Origin: Octopus sinensis
Taxonomy: Eukaryota
Assembly (NCBI RefSeq): GCF_006345805.1
Contig: NC_042997.1
Location: forward strand, 85,622,001-85,686,000
Reading direction: 5' to 3'
DNA length: 64,000 nt
The notes under the pieces are model-generated. The model did not search any database. It had not been told where the DNA came from and was given only the letters and a program-made list of their open reading frames with translations. Below are positions 1 through 13,000 of this stretch, one piece after another (the first letter of the stretch is position 1; each line of letters opens with the position of its first letter). Position numbers and translations under genes: made by a program.

Positions 1-990
1 AACAACATAGCATAGTATGTAAAACGTGCCACAGAACCGCTATTATTAGAAGTAAGAAGGTCAGGCTTGAGTAGGATGAAAGATTACAAAGATAAAGCAC
101 TGTAAAAGAAATTGAAACCGAATGAAACTGAAAATAGGTGGGTAAAGAAAAGAATGCATGGTCAATTTCATAGGGATGCTGAAGATAAGACAGACAGAGA
201 AAAAAGATGGTTGTGAATGACTAAAAGTGATTTAAAACTGGAAATGGAGGCTTTAATATGTGCTGCCCAAGAGCAAGCACTAAGAACAAACTACATAAAA
301 TACAGAATAGACAACACATCAGAAAGTGATAAGTGCAGAATCTGTAGACAAAATGATGAAACCGTATGGCATAGTACCAGCCAATGTACGCCACTAGCCC
401 GGAAGGAACATAAGAGATGCTACAACAATATAGCCAGATTTGTCCATTGGAGACTTTGCAACAAGTATGCACTTAACAGAGCAGAAAATTGGTACAACCA
501 CAAACCTGAAGGCATCATCGAAAATAAAAATGCAAAGATCCTATGGGATTTTATGATTCAGTGTGACCATGAGATAGAGAATAGGAAGCCAGACATAGTC
601 TTAATTGAGAAAGAAAACAAACTATGCTGGATCATAGATATAGCATGCCCAGCTGACAACAAGGTATGCAATAAGGAAGAAAGAAAAGTCAAGAGATATG
701 ACAGGTTAGCTTGGGGAGTTAAGCAGTTGTGGTCGATGAAAAAGGTATCAATAGTACCAATAATTGTCGGAGAAAAAATCTTAAGAAGTACGTGGAACAA
801 ATAGGGGCTGCAATAAGGGTGGAGCACTTGCAGGAAACAGCACTGCTTGGAACCACTTGAATACTCCGGAAGGTGCTTGAAAAATAAGAGGTATTATCTT
901 AATTCACTGGTAGGGAACAGCTGACACAGTAGTACATCTCCAGCATTAGAAGCTGTGCAAAGGCATTGATAATAATAGTAATTATAATGA
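1..990 (+). mobile_element. 3' end of an RLE-type (R4/Dong-like) non-LTR retrotransposon, decayed
   Basis: ORF 217-804 has a CCHC knuckle (CRICRQNDETVWHSTSQC) followed by a PD-(D/E)xK restriction-like endonuclease motif (RKPDIVLIEK...IIDIACP). Frameshifted C-terminus LLGT*ILRKVLEK*, then a (TAA)n-like tail at ~968-990. Confidence 0.85.
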
Positions 991-1715
991 TAACCCTAAA
1001 TGCAGATTCTGTGATAAATTTGATGAAATAATAGACCATCTTGTCTCGGGACGTCCTGTGCTAATACTAAATGAATGCAAAAATTGCCATGATTAGATAG
1101 GATAGTATTTACATTGGAAGATATGTAAACACTACAAAATCAGCACTCCTGCTTACTGGTATGAACATCATCCTGAGCCAGTCACTGGAGGTAAAACTGT
1201 CACTATCCTCTGAGATTTTCCAGTCAACACCAACAGGATGATCCAGGCTAATTGACCAGACATAGCTATTAAAGACAGAGAAGAAAATACTTGTAGACTA
1301 ATAGATGTAAGTGTTCCCACTTTGACTAAGGAATTTGACTAATTAAGTAAATATAAGGACCTGGAAATTGAAATACAAAAGTTGTGGCATCTTAAAGCAA
1401 GAACTGTTCCTGTTATTGTGGGAGTCCTTGGTATGTTATGAAAGGAATGTCAGAAATCCCAGGAGAACCATGTCTCAGAGAAATCCAAAAGATTGTCCTA
1501 ACAAATACTGCTCACATCCTTAGAAAAACCCTATCAATTTAAATATACATGTCATATTACATGAAAATATTTCGCAACTGTCCTCCTGCCACTTTCCCTC
1601 CCTGAGCTTTGTCATACTGTAACATCTCTTATCCTTCACTCACCCTAGAACACTGGGTGTGTCTTGATGAATGATTGTAACAAACATGCAGATTAAAAGT
1701 AAATAATAATAATAA
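991..1715 (+). mobile_element. Second, different 5'-truncated R4/Dong-like LINE 3' end (pseudogene)
   Basis: Manual translation NPKCRFCDKFDEIIDHLVSG...YWYEHHPEPV...PDIAIKDRE...LIDVSVP...TAHILRKTLSI* with stops; (AAT)n tail at ~1700-1715. Confidence 0.8.
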
Positions 1716-1909
1716 TTTCTACCATAGCCACAAAGCCTGAAATTTTAGGAGATTATATCAATCCCAGTACTTGACAGGTACTTATTTCATTGACCCTTAT
1801 AGGATGAAAGGCAAAGTTGACCTCAGCAGAATTTAAACTCAGAATGTATAAACGGATGAAATGTAGTTAAGCATTTTGTCCATTGTGCTGACGATTCTGC
1901 CAGCTAACC
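1716..1909 (-). mobile_element. tRNA-derived SINE, family A (head GGCGAGCTGGCAGAA-type)
   Basis: Matches the copies at 28298, 37700, 39520, 50085 and 63880 (shared ggatgaaaggcaaagttgacc / gaatttgaactcagaa core). Confidence 0.8.
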
Positions 1910-2269
1910 ACTTTATAATAAAAGCAAACAGGAAATTACACCAAACACAGTAAAAACCATAGCAGACACATCAAAAGAAAGAAACAAAAGACATCAAAAC
2001 CAGGTTTGAGTAGTTGGCTTGAGAGTTAATGTGAACATGTGTGAATGAGAGAAGATATGAGTGTGTGTGTGTGTGTTTGTGTTTCAATTTGTATATGTGT
2101 TTTGAATTTTTAGAATAGATCTGGTAATGATTGTGTTCATTTGTACTTTTCTATATACTGGGTATTCAGGTTAAATATGATTGTTTGCAGAAAAGAAAAC
2201 AAAACAAAATATCTCATCCAAAAATAAAAGTATTTAAAAAAAAAACTAAAAAAATATCATCTAGATTAT

Positions 2270-3133
2270 GCTGGGAGATGACAGTTTACTCAAAGTAGCC
2301 TCCCTTAGCTTCCATTGTGACCTCAAAATGGATCTGGAAGTTGGTACATATGTTCCTTACAGTGTCCTTTAGAAGATCTTCAGACACCTTCTTGATCTTG
2401 ACCACTAGCTCAGCCTTGGTGTGTTGCAAACAGAACAGCTGCTGGCTTTCTGAACCATGCCCCACACATAGTAATCCATGGGATTATAATTGGGCATATT
2501 AAGAAGCCACAAATCAAGGTTGGTGAAGTCATGGCTGTATGCATGTATGTGTGTGTATGCATGTGTGTGTGTATGTTTATATGGATGAACTGATATACAT
2601 GTATCTGTGTGTGTTTGTATGTATGAATTCTGTCTGCTGCCACACATGTGGCCTTCCAGCAGCAACCCTCTCCAGCCTGGGTGTGACCACAATCTCTAGT
2701 AGCTACACATTACCATTTGAACTGAACCTGAGGCCCAGTTCTACAGTTGTTGGATAAATTCCAGGATGCAGACATAGTCAGAATGCCTGCTGTGTTCCTT
2801 CCTGTTGGTCACAGCTTAGTAGTCTCCATTGCAGGTGTCCATGTCATGTCTTACAGCCTTTACAGTATTCACAGATCATTGAGCAGCAATCATGCTGTCA
2901 GCATTTTGATACCCAATATGAATCACCATGATACAAGTAACTCTTTTCCAATATTCAGATGGCTTCTACTTCTTTATGTCAGCTAACTTTTTCTCAGTTA
3001 CAACTTTAATCATTATGCTCTCTAATATCTATTTCTTTACTTTATGCTCTCTAATATCGTGTACCAATACATCAAGCTGTTCCTGAAAAAAGGAGATGTA
3101 AAAATTGACAAATTTAGCCCAAACACCCTGTAT
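2270..3133 (-). mobile_element. maT/DD37D-like Tc1-mariner remnant, interrupted by a microsatellite cassette at 2538-2628
   Basis: Minus translation ...NYNPMDYYVWGMV...KGGYFE*, similar to the WPPNSPDxNPxDYYVW motif; terminal sequence ...caaacaccctg|TA at ~3130. Confidence 0.7.
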
Positions 3134-3644
3134 ATGCTTGTATGCATGTATGACTGCATGTATGTTATGGGGTCATGTTGAAAACCTTATTACCAAGAGG
3201 ACTTTGCGGATTGAAGAGAAAAACAAGGGCAAAATGGACTGTCCCAAGCTGAAAGCAAACATCACAGCAGACAGCAAGCTTCAACTAGCAACCATTACTA
3301 CTACCACAACCCCAATAACAACAGCTAAACCTGCTCTCGCACCAATAAACCTTTCTATTATAAGAACAAGGCTTGAAATTTTGTAGGAAGGGACTAGTTG
3401 ATTGCATCAATCCCAGTACATGACTGGTACTTATTTAATCAATCTTGAACTTCAAGATGTTCCTGAAAAAAGATGTAAAAATTGACAAATTTAGTCCAGA
3501 CACCCTGTATATGCTTGTATGCATGTATGTCAATGTGTTTCGTAATGACTGCATACGTGTTTGTATGTACAAGTATGTCTGCATGAGTGTGCATGTGCTA
3601 TGAATGTTATACATGTTTGTATGGTTGTATGCAAAAAAAAAAAG

Positions 3645-3948
3645 ACCTCCTTCAATCATGCACCTAGAAAGTTCCCCTCCGAGGCACAAATCCTGGCAGG
3701 GTTGTTTTCTGAAAGATCAGCAGTTGCCCAAGCATATCAGCCCCATGTCTCCATGCCACTAAGGGAAAGGTAAAGGCCAATACAGCTTGACACCAGTGAT
3801 GTCACAACTCATTTCTACAGCTGAGGTAACTGGAGTAATGTGAAATAAAGTGTCTTGCTCAAGAACACAACATACAGCCTGGCCTGGAAATCTACCTCAC
3901 AATCTCATGATTGTGTGCCTAACACCCTAACCACTGAGCCATGCATCT
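3645..3948 (-). mobile_element. tRNA-derived SINE, family C
   Basis: Homologous to 42765-43096 (-) and 63275-63605 (+); carries tgtgttcttgagcaagacactttatttcac (CORE-like) on the minus strand. Confidence 0.8.
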
Positions 3949-4725
3949 TGTGTGTAAGAATTTTAAAATAAGCTTATATGCCAATTAATGTGCTTAAATA
4001 TGAGTGAAAGTGTACCAGAGAGTATAAATATACCTGTGTGTATCAGAAAGAGAAAATTTGGGTGTTTTTCTTTATGTATATGTAAATGTAAAGGAATTTT
4101 TAGAATGTGTCTGGAATGCTTCAGTATGTGCTTATGTGTATGTGTAAATGTATGCATTTGTGTATGCATTGTGAATTTTAGTTTTTCTGTTAACATGTGC
4201 ATCTGTGTTTGTTTTTATACATATGGGTGTGTCTGTATGCATGTGTCCTATAAATGTAATAAATATGTGCATTTGAAAGTATGTGCGTGTGTGCGTGTGT
4301 GCATGTATGGGTTAATGTGTATATGTATGAGTGTGTGTATGTTTGTATGCATGTATGTGTGTATGCATGTGTATGTATGTATGTGTGTGTGTGTCTGTTT
4401 ATATGGATGAACTAATATACATGTATCTATGTATGTTTGTATTTATGAATATATGTATCAATGTTCCTATCAGTCATTCTATCTCTCTGTTTCTCTCTCT
4501 CTCCCTCCCTATATATATATAACACATTGTGTATGCATGAGTATGTGAATAACTGGACATGTGCACTAATACTTGTGTATAATTATATATAGGCATGTAT
4601 ATGTGTGAGTGCATGTGTGCAATTGTGTGTGTGTATGTGCACTTGCACTTGTGTGTGTGTATTTGTGTGTGTGTGTGTGTGCACGTGCAATTGTGTGTGT
4701 GTTTGTGTGTGTTTGTGTGTGTGTA

Positions 4726-4768
<43 letters not shown>

Positions 4769-5217
4769 GAGAGAATGACTGTGTGTACAAGGGATCATTC
4801 TTTTAAAATTCTAAAAGAAGGATGTTTGGAAATTTAAACAAGATTAATAGCAACAACAGCAACATCAAAAAATAACAAGAATTAATGAATAAAATTAACA
4901 ACTGAATAAAAAAAAAAGAAATAACATGTAACATAATCCCATTAAAGTTTTACCTTTTAATTAATAAATGGTAAAATCAAAGAAAAAAATGTAAAACAGA
5001 GGAATTGAATTAAGATAGATCTATCAACAACAAAAATAGAAAAAAAAATAGAACATTCCAGATCTTTGTTTGGATGGATTGAACTAAGGATATTTAAAAG
5101 GAAGCTAGCATTTATGCTCAGAAATTTTTTCCTTTAAATTGTTCAATTTTTTAATGAATTTTTTTTTATCAAATTGTTTTATTTTATTTTTGCTTATTTT
5201 CATAGAATTTTTAGCAG

Positions 5218-5220
<3 letters not shown>

Positions 5221-5296
<76 letters not shown>
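5221..5296. repeat. (TTA)n microsatellite, followed by (GTT/GCT/GGT)n-rich sequence to ~5560
   Basis: Direct reading; explains the poly-I and poly-Y ORFs. Confidence 0.95.
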
Positions 5297-5726
5297 CATT
5301 GTTGTTATTGCTGTCCTTGTTATTTGTATCGTTCAATGGGTTACGTTGTGACAGTTGTCCTAGTTGTTGTTGCTGTTTTTGATATTACCTTACCATTGTT
5401 GTGTCTGTTCTTTTTGTTGTTGTTGCTGCTGCTGCTGTTGATCCTGCTACCCTTGTAGTTGTTGCTCTTGTTGTTCTTATTTCCGTTGTTGTTGTTGGTG
5501 GTGGTGGTGATGTTGTTGGTAGCAGCAGTGGTGGTGGTAGCAATGGCAGTGGCAGTGATAGATTATGCTTCTACAGAGTCATTAAAGTGCTATATCGAAT
5601 GAACCTTTTGCAATTCTTGTCCAAACATCCTGTGCTCAAGAGTTCAAATCCTGCTGAAGTCAAATTTGCTTTTCATCTTTTCAAGGCCAAAGAATAAAGT
5701 ATCAGTCATATATTGAAGAAGAACTA

Positions 5727-5813
5727 TTCTCTCTCTCTCTCTTTCTCTTTCTCTCTCTCTCTTTCTCTCGCTCTCTCTCTCTCTTTTTCTCGCTCTCTCT
5801 CTCTCTCTTTCTT

Positions 5814-5875
<62 letters not shown>

Positions 5876-5876
5876 G
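5727..5876. repeat. (CT)n/(GA)n microsatellite
   Basis: Direct reading; explains the (ER)n and (LS)n ORFs. Confidence 0.95.
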
Positions 5877-7404
5877 TATAGAGCAAAATAGGATCTTGGA
5901 AGACTACTATGCATGTATGTTTTTGTCCTGCTGATTTCTCAAATCAACTGATAAACTCAATGTAGCTTTAATGAATCTTTAGTAATTGTGCAGAGTAATA
6001 GAGATATTTATAATGGTGAACAAGCAAGGAGGAAGACCACTTGGGTGAGATAGATACCTAGCTCTTGTAAAAATGTCTGTCATGAACAGTGGTTTTCAAC
6101 AGGATTCACATACACACACATACACACCTAGAGATCTCAGAGGGGCTGCCCATGAGCTAACAGCAGCAGACAATTGTGAGGTCCTGATTAAGCATACTAT
6201 GAAGAAAAATAACATATTCCATTTGAGAGAATAAAGTGACCAAGTGTATGAGATATTGGACTCCCAGCTTATTGGTGTTCAGCTCATATCCACTGAAAGT
6301 TTTTCATTAGGTATTTGAACAATAGATTTGATTCTGTATTGACCAGAGGTATCAGATCCTCTGGAAATATTATATCAAGGATAATGGATAGGCACCTTAT
6401 TCAGAATAAAGGTAATTTCATTTATTTTTCAACTCTTAGCAACAGATCGATAAAAAGACTGTGGTATTAGAAAACAAAAATGCCCTACTGTATTTACTAT
6501 CAGCTCTTTATATTCTGAGTTCAATTTTCACTGATCAACTTTGACTTTTATCTTTCATTCAGTTTTAGAAAAAGGTAAAATCGGACAGAACTTATGGGAT
6601 AACCTGATACATTTTTGCCATGTCATTCATAGTCATTCCCATTTTCTTCTTTTTCCATATTCATTTCCATCACTTCACTCACTCAGTCACTTTTATCCTT
6701 CTTCAACATATGACTTATCCATTTCATCTTCACAGCATCCATCATTAGCTCAGTCACCATCATTCTCTGAACTTCATTATTTACCTTCCTCACCCCTCTC
6801 TCTCTCTTTCTCTCCTCCTCTCCTCCTTCTCTCTCTCTCTCAGTGACACTTCACATATTCATTTCTAGCCTTCTGTTAACCTTGAATTATATAGAATTCC
6901 ATCAAGAAGATCTGGTACATAGTTCCACACAGAATATAATACATTACTGAAATGCACAAAAAATATCTGCAGTGGATTTGAGCTAAACACCAATGAGCTC
7001 ATAGTCTTACATATCCACTTGGCTTCCACTTATCTTCTATATAGTTTCAGTGATGGTATGTATTCAACATCATTTATCATTCAGTTGGCCAGCTGGCAGG
7101 ATAACACCCAAACGCAGCGGCGAGTTTTCAGCATTTGCCAATTTTTGGGTAGTAAAGATATTTTGATAGTAGAAAGCCAATCCTTCTAATAAACATTCGA
7201 CTGTGAAATAAGAAATTACACCTAATTTGTGGAGCTGTTTTTTTTTTGTCTTGGTAGTTTATGTAGGCATTATTTATTGCTCTGCGTATATTTATGCATG
7301 ATGGTCACTAGTTTTCCATTAGTATTCCCTTAAAAATCTGAGACTTTCTGTCTGCGTAAGACAATTCTTGTACTCCTGTTTATCGATACACATAAATTTA
7401 TCAG

Positions 7405-7473
7405 CAACACCATCATCATCATCATTATTATCAACAGCATCATCATCATCACCAGCAGCAGCAGCAACATTAA

Positions 7474-7505
<32 letters not shown>

Positions 7506-7900
7506 ACATCATCACCAACAGCAGAACCAGCAGCAGCAGCATCAATACCAACATCATCATCAGCATCATCAACATCATCAACAGCAGCAACATCAGCATC
7601 ATCGTCGCCGTCGTCATCGTTGCCATCACCACCGTCATCACCATCATCTTGTTTCATCTTGTTTCATCATTATCATCTTCATCATCATCATCATCATAAA
7701 AACAGCAGTATAGCAACATCACCAGCAGCATCATTATCGTCATCGTCAGCTGCAGCAGCAACAGCAGCATCATCATCATCATCATCATCATCATCAACAA
7801 CAACAACATCATCATAAAAACAGCAACATCAACAACATCACCCTCATCATCATTGTTGTCATCAACATCATCAGCATTACTGTCAGCAACAACAAAAGTT
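7405..7900. repeat. Compound (CAT/CAG/CAA)n trinucleotide tract
   Basis: Direct reading; explains the poly-D, poly-M and poly-S ORFs. Confidence 0.9.
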
Positions 7901-8262
7901 TATCATTCAAATCATGAGCATCAACATCATCACCACAACCATTATCCTTGTCAACGTCATGCACACACTGTGCTTCTTCCTCTACATCTTCTTCATTATC
8001 ATCATCACCATCACCATAATTATTAACATAATCAATCTCAGTATAAAATCCATTTCTGCCACTACCGCAATGGATACCGCCACCACCACCACCACTACCC
8101 CCTACCAGTTATATTATTTAGATGACAAGCCAGCAATGTGGCTGGACCCTTTCCCAATTTAAGTTGTTCCTGGCTATTTTCCATGACAATTCTTATTTAT
8201 GTTTTCCCTCCCTTGCTGTCTTATTTCCTTCCTTCTTTTCTTTCTTTCTTTTTTTCCTTTCT

Positions 8263-8302
<40 letters not shown>

Positions 8303-8827
8303 TCGACTGATCATTGCCTATTTTTCCTTTCACTCATTTCTTCCACAGGAACTTGTATAGAAAGTTCGCCAGATGCATGCAGCAAATGAAACCAAATTTT
8401 TTTTTACAGTAACATCCATTCTATTTTAACAGACACACATACATTCACACATACACACACACATACACACGCGCAGACACACACACGCACACACACATAT
8501 ACACACATGCAAACTCAGACAGACACACACACATAAATACATGCTTTGCATTCTAATTTTGGGAAGGATAATATTTGTATAGAAGTTTCTCATTTATGGA
8601 GGTTTTCCTGCATATATATACACAGAGGACATGTGTTTGAAAAGCTTAATCAAAGCACTCTAGCACAAAATCGTCTTCCCAAAAAAAGTTAATAATGCCC
8701 TGGTATAAAAATTGTATAGCATTTTAAAAAATAATTTTTTTTTTAAATGATCCTCTTTATACATAAAAACTGTATTAAGTAATTTTCGCAAAGACTTTCA
8801 AACACACACACACACACATATATATAA

Positions 8828-8862
<35 letters not shown>

Positions 8863-8912
8863 TGCATACATATATATATATATATATAAATATATATACA
8901 TGTATATATGTA

Positions 8913-9864
8913 TTATTCCTTTCCCCAAAGATACCCTAAATTCCCTACGAAATTTTTTCTCTCTCTCTTATTTATATTACGTTCTTCTCGAACCCCGAAG
9001 TTCCTAGATGTTCAGTAATTTCTGTTGCAGAAAATTCCCTACGTATTAACTTAAAACCTGTTGTTCCTTCGTCGTTATTCCTTTCCCCAAAGATACCCTA
9101 AATTCCCTACGAAATATTTTCTCTCTCTCTTATTTATATTACGTTCTTCTCGAACCCCGAAGTTTCTAGATGTTCAGTAATTTCTGTTGCAGAAAATTCC
9201 TTACGAATTAAACCTGTTGTTCCTTAGCTCTCTCTCTCTCTTCCTTCCCCGCTCTCTCTTTCCTCATGCTTCCACCTGATAATCCCCCCCCCCAAATCCC
9301 TAACTCTTTATAAAGCAGTGTTCGATTTATCTCGTCCCTCTTCTCGATTCTACATCTTGCTGACAAAACACTGACTCGAAAAATGACCAGCTAAGCGAAT
9401 TTAACTTACAACCTGTCATTCATATTCATTTTTTTAAGCGTTGATTCGTAACTCTAAATCCCGTTTCTCTATTATTTATTTCGCCATCTTGTATGCATGG
9501 CTTCCTGTCTGTCATGCATTTTAAATTCCTCCTTTAATTTCAGTGTCATCCTGTTATTATTCCATCCCCAGAATTCACTACAATATTCTCTCTCTCTCCT
9601 ATTTATATTATGTTTTACTCGAACCCCGAAGTTTCTAGATGTTCAGTAATTTCTGTTGCAGAAAATTCCCTACGTATTAACTTAAAACCTGTTGTTCCTT
9701 CGTCGTTATTCCTTTCCCCAAAGATACCCTAAATTCCCTACGAAATTTTTTCTCTCTCTCTTATTTATATTACGTTCTTCTCGAACCCCGAAGTTCCTAG
9801 ATGTTCAGTAATTTCTGTTGCAGAAAATTCCCTACGTATTAACTTAAAACCTGTTGTTCCTTCG
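8913..9864. repeat. 162-bp tandem repeat array: 2 units + ~330-bp spacer + 2 units
   Basis: Unit ttattcctttccccaaagataccc...ctgttgttccttcgtcg starts at 8913, 9075, ~9557 (degenerate) and 9706; the array abuts the RTE at 9865. Confidence 0.9.
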
Positions 9865-10032
9865 AGGTGACCCCGCCCGCCCGCCCTCCCTCCCACCCAT
9901 CCACCCACCAGAACCGGAAGTTTCTGTTTTCTATCTTTCTTGACCCCCCCCCGCACCCCTATGTAGGGTTTATTGTGATCATATTGCGCAAAAACTGTGA
10001 AATTTATGCAGGTTGTAGTCTAGAGTCTCAGT

Positions 10033-13000
10033 ATGATATCTGGCAAATGCAAGCTTTCTTTTCAAGTACATAACACTGCTGTCCCTCATCCCAGGGTCTC
10101 AGAGGCCCACACCTCCCACACCCTCAGGGTGGGCACCCTCAACGTTGGCACATTGAAAGGTAGGTCTGGCGAGATAGTCGAGATGCTTGAACGGAGACGT
10201 GTTGATGTATGTTGTATGCAAGAAATAAGGTGGAGAGGAGGATCTGCTAGGGTCCTCACAGGCAAGGAACACAGGTACAAGATTTTCTGGGCAGGGAACA
10301 CTGACGGGGTTGGTGGCGTGGGTATACTTATCGCTGAGAAATGGATAGATAGAGTAATTGAGGTAATCAGAGTAAGTGACAGAATACTTAAGATTAGAAT
10401 AGTGCTTCATAATAGATTAGCAACCATTATATCGGCCTATGCCCCTCAGCCAGGGCTACCCGATGGACAGAAAGACAGTTTCTATGACACCCTACTGCAG
10501 ACCACCTCATCGACGAACGACAGGGACCTTCTCTTTGTGGCTGGTGATTTCAATGGGCATGTTGGACGACATGCTGGGGGCTTCCATGGCGTACATGGAG
10601 GCTACGGTTATGGTTCCCGCAACGAGGAGGGAACCAGGCTGCTGGAGTTCTGCGATGCGAATAGTCTTATGGTCTGCAACACTAACTTCAGGAAACCAAC
10701 AAGCCACCTGGTCACCTACCGATCGGGCCGGCATACTAGCCAAATCGACTACATCCTTGCCAGAAAAAGGAAAGATGGCTGCTTATAAATGCCAAAACCT
10801 TCCCAGGCGAAGAATGCACCCCACAACATAGACTGGTAGTTAGTGACTTTAGGATCAGGACTAAGAGGGCGACTAGAAGACGACCAACATGGAGAAGAAG
10901 GGTCTGGAAGCTTAAAGCCCCTGCGAATGGACAGAGATTTAGAGATATGTTACTTGAAGCCTTTGACGAAGTGGAAGGGGTATAGCTACACATGGGGTAG
11001 AAGACAACTGGACGTTTCTGAGGGACAACCTGCTGAAAGCCGCTGACCAGATCTGTGGCTGGTGCAAAGTCCCCTTAAGACCCAAAATAACGTGGTGGTG
11101 GAACAATATTGTTGACAGGGCTATTAGACAAAAGAAACAGGCTTGGAAGGCCTGGAAGAACGGTGGTAGCAGGGAAGGGTATCAGACTGCCAGAAGGGAA
11201 GCTAGGAGACAGGTCTATCTAGCCAGAGGGGAAGCAGATAAGAGAAAATTTGCCAATGTCCTGCGCCGTGAGGATGAAAGACTTGAGGTATTTCGTGTTG
11301 CAAGACAGTGTGTGAGAGAGAATCGTGATGTGGTAGGAGAGAAATGTGTTCGCATGGAGGATGGTTCACTTGCGCTAAATGAGGATGCAAAGAGAGAAGC
11401 TTGGAGACGCCACTATGAAAGGTTACTGAATGAGGAAAATGAATGGGATAAAGAGAGTCTGCCGAATGTTGACCCTACAGAGGGACCAGCTATCCGAGTT
11501 GATAGTTCCGTGGTAGCTAAGGCAATTAGAAGCATGAAGACAGGGAAAGCCCCAGGCCCATCAAGATTACTGCAGAGATGCTCAAAATATCTGGCAGTGT
11601 CGGCTATAACCTAGTCACCCGTATAGTCAACCAGGTGATACACGAAGGAGTCATACCCAATGACTGGTGCAGCAGCATACTAGTCAACTGCTACAAAGGT
11701 AAAGGTGATGCCCTAGATACAAATAATTACAGAGGTATCAAGCTGTTGGATCAAGTAATGAAGGTTACGGAGAGGGTCATAGCCCAACTAATTAGAGAGA
11801 GAGTTAGTTTAGATGAGATGCAGTTTGGGTTCGTGCCAGGGAAAAGTACCACTGATGCTATATTCCTGGTAAGGCAGCTGCAGGAGAAATACCTAGCCAA
11901 AGATAAGCCCCTGTACCTGGCTTTCGTTGACATGGAGAAAGCTTTTGATAGGGTCCCCCGATCCCTTATCTGGTGGTCAATGAGGAAACTAGGGATAGAT
12001 GAATGGCTGGTGAGGACTGTGCAAGCCATGTACAGAGATGCCGTAAGTAAGGTTAGGGTTGGCAACATGTACACAGAAGAATTCAAAGTAGAGGTTGGGG
12101 TCCACCAGGGTTCAGTACTCAGCCCCCTCCTATTTATCATAGTACTCCAGGCAATTACGGAGGAATTCAAGACAGGCTGTCCCTGGGAGCTCCTCTACGC
12201 TGACGACCTTGCTCTTATTGCTGAGTCACTATCAGAACTGGAGGAGAAGTTCCAGGTGTGGAAGGAGGGTTTAGAATCAAGGGGCCTTAGAGTCAACCTA
12301 GCTAAAACCAAAGTACTAATAAGTATAAAGGTAGACAATCCACAAATATCTTCAGGAAGATGGCCCTGCTCGATCTGTAGAAAAGGTGTAGGTAGAAACT
12401 CTATAAGATGTACCCAGTGTAAGCTATGGACACATAAGAGGTGCAGCAATGTCAAAGGTAGGCTAACTGGGAAGATAGTTTTTGTATGTGGCAGATGCTC
12501 GGGAGCATTAACCTCCGAAAATCTGCAGAAAACAACTTCCGTCACTTTCCAGGGGGAAAAACTAGAAGTAGTTGATAGCTTCCGTTATCTAGGTGACCAA
12601 GTCAGTAGTGGGGGTGGGTGCGCTGAAAGTGTAACTGCTAGAATAAGAATAGCCTGGGCAAAGTTTAGGGAGCTCTTACCTCTGCTGGTGACTAAAGGCC
12701 TCTCGCTCAGAGTAAAAGGCAGACTGTATGATGCGTGTGTACGAACAGCCATGCTACATGGCAGCGAAACATGGGCCGTGACTGCTGAGGACATGCGTAA
12801 GCTCGTGAGGAATGAAGCCAGTATGCTCCGATGGATGTGTAATGTCAGTGTACATACTCGACAGAGCGTTAGCACCTTGAGAGAAATGTTGTACCTAAGA
12901 AGCATCAGTTGTGGTGTGCAAGAGAGACGATTGCGCTGGTATGGTCATGTGGCGAGAATGGATGAAGATAGGTGTGTGAGAAAGTGCCAATCCCTGGCAG

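Noticed and set aside
8348-8400. Strong plus-strand acceptor tttcttccaCAG|gaacttg as a coding exon
   Set aside because: No downstream donor, short frames, and the pyrimidine tract derives from the adjacent (TTTC)n repeat.
8913-9864. 162-bp array as a tandem hammerhead retrozyme or CRISPR-like array
   Set aside because: No CTGANGA...GAAA core on either strand (closest is CTGAACA); units are contiguous without unique spacers; eukaryotic context with no cas genes.
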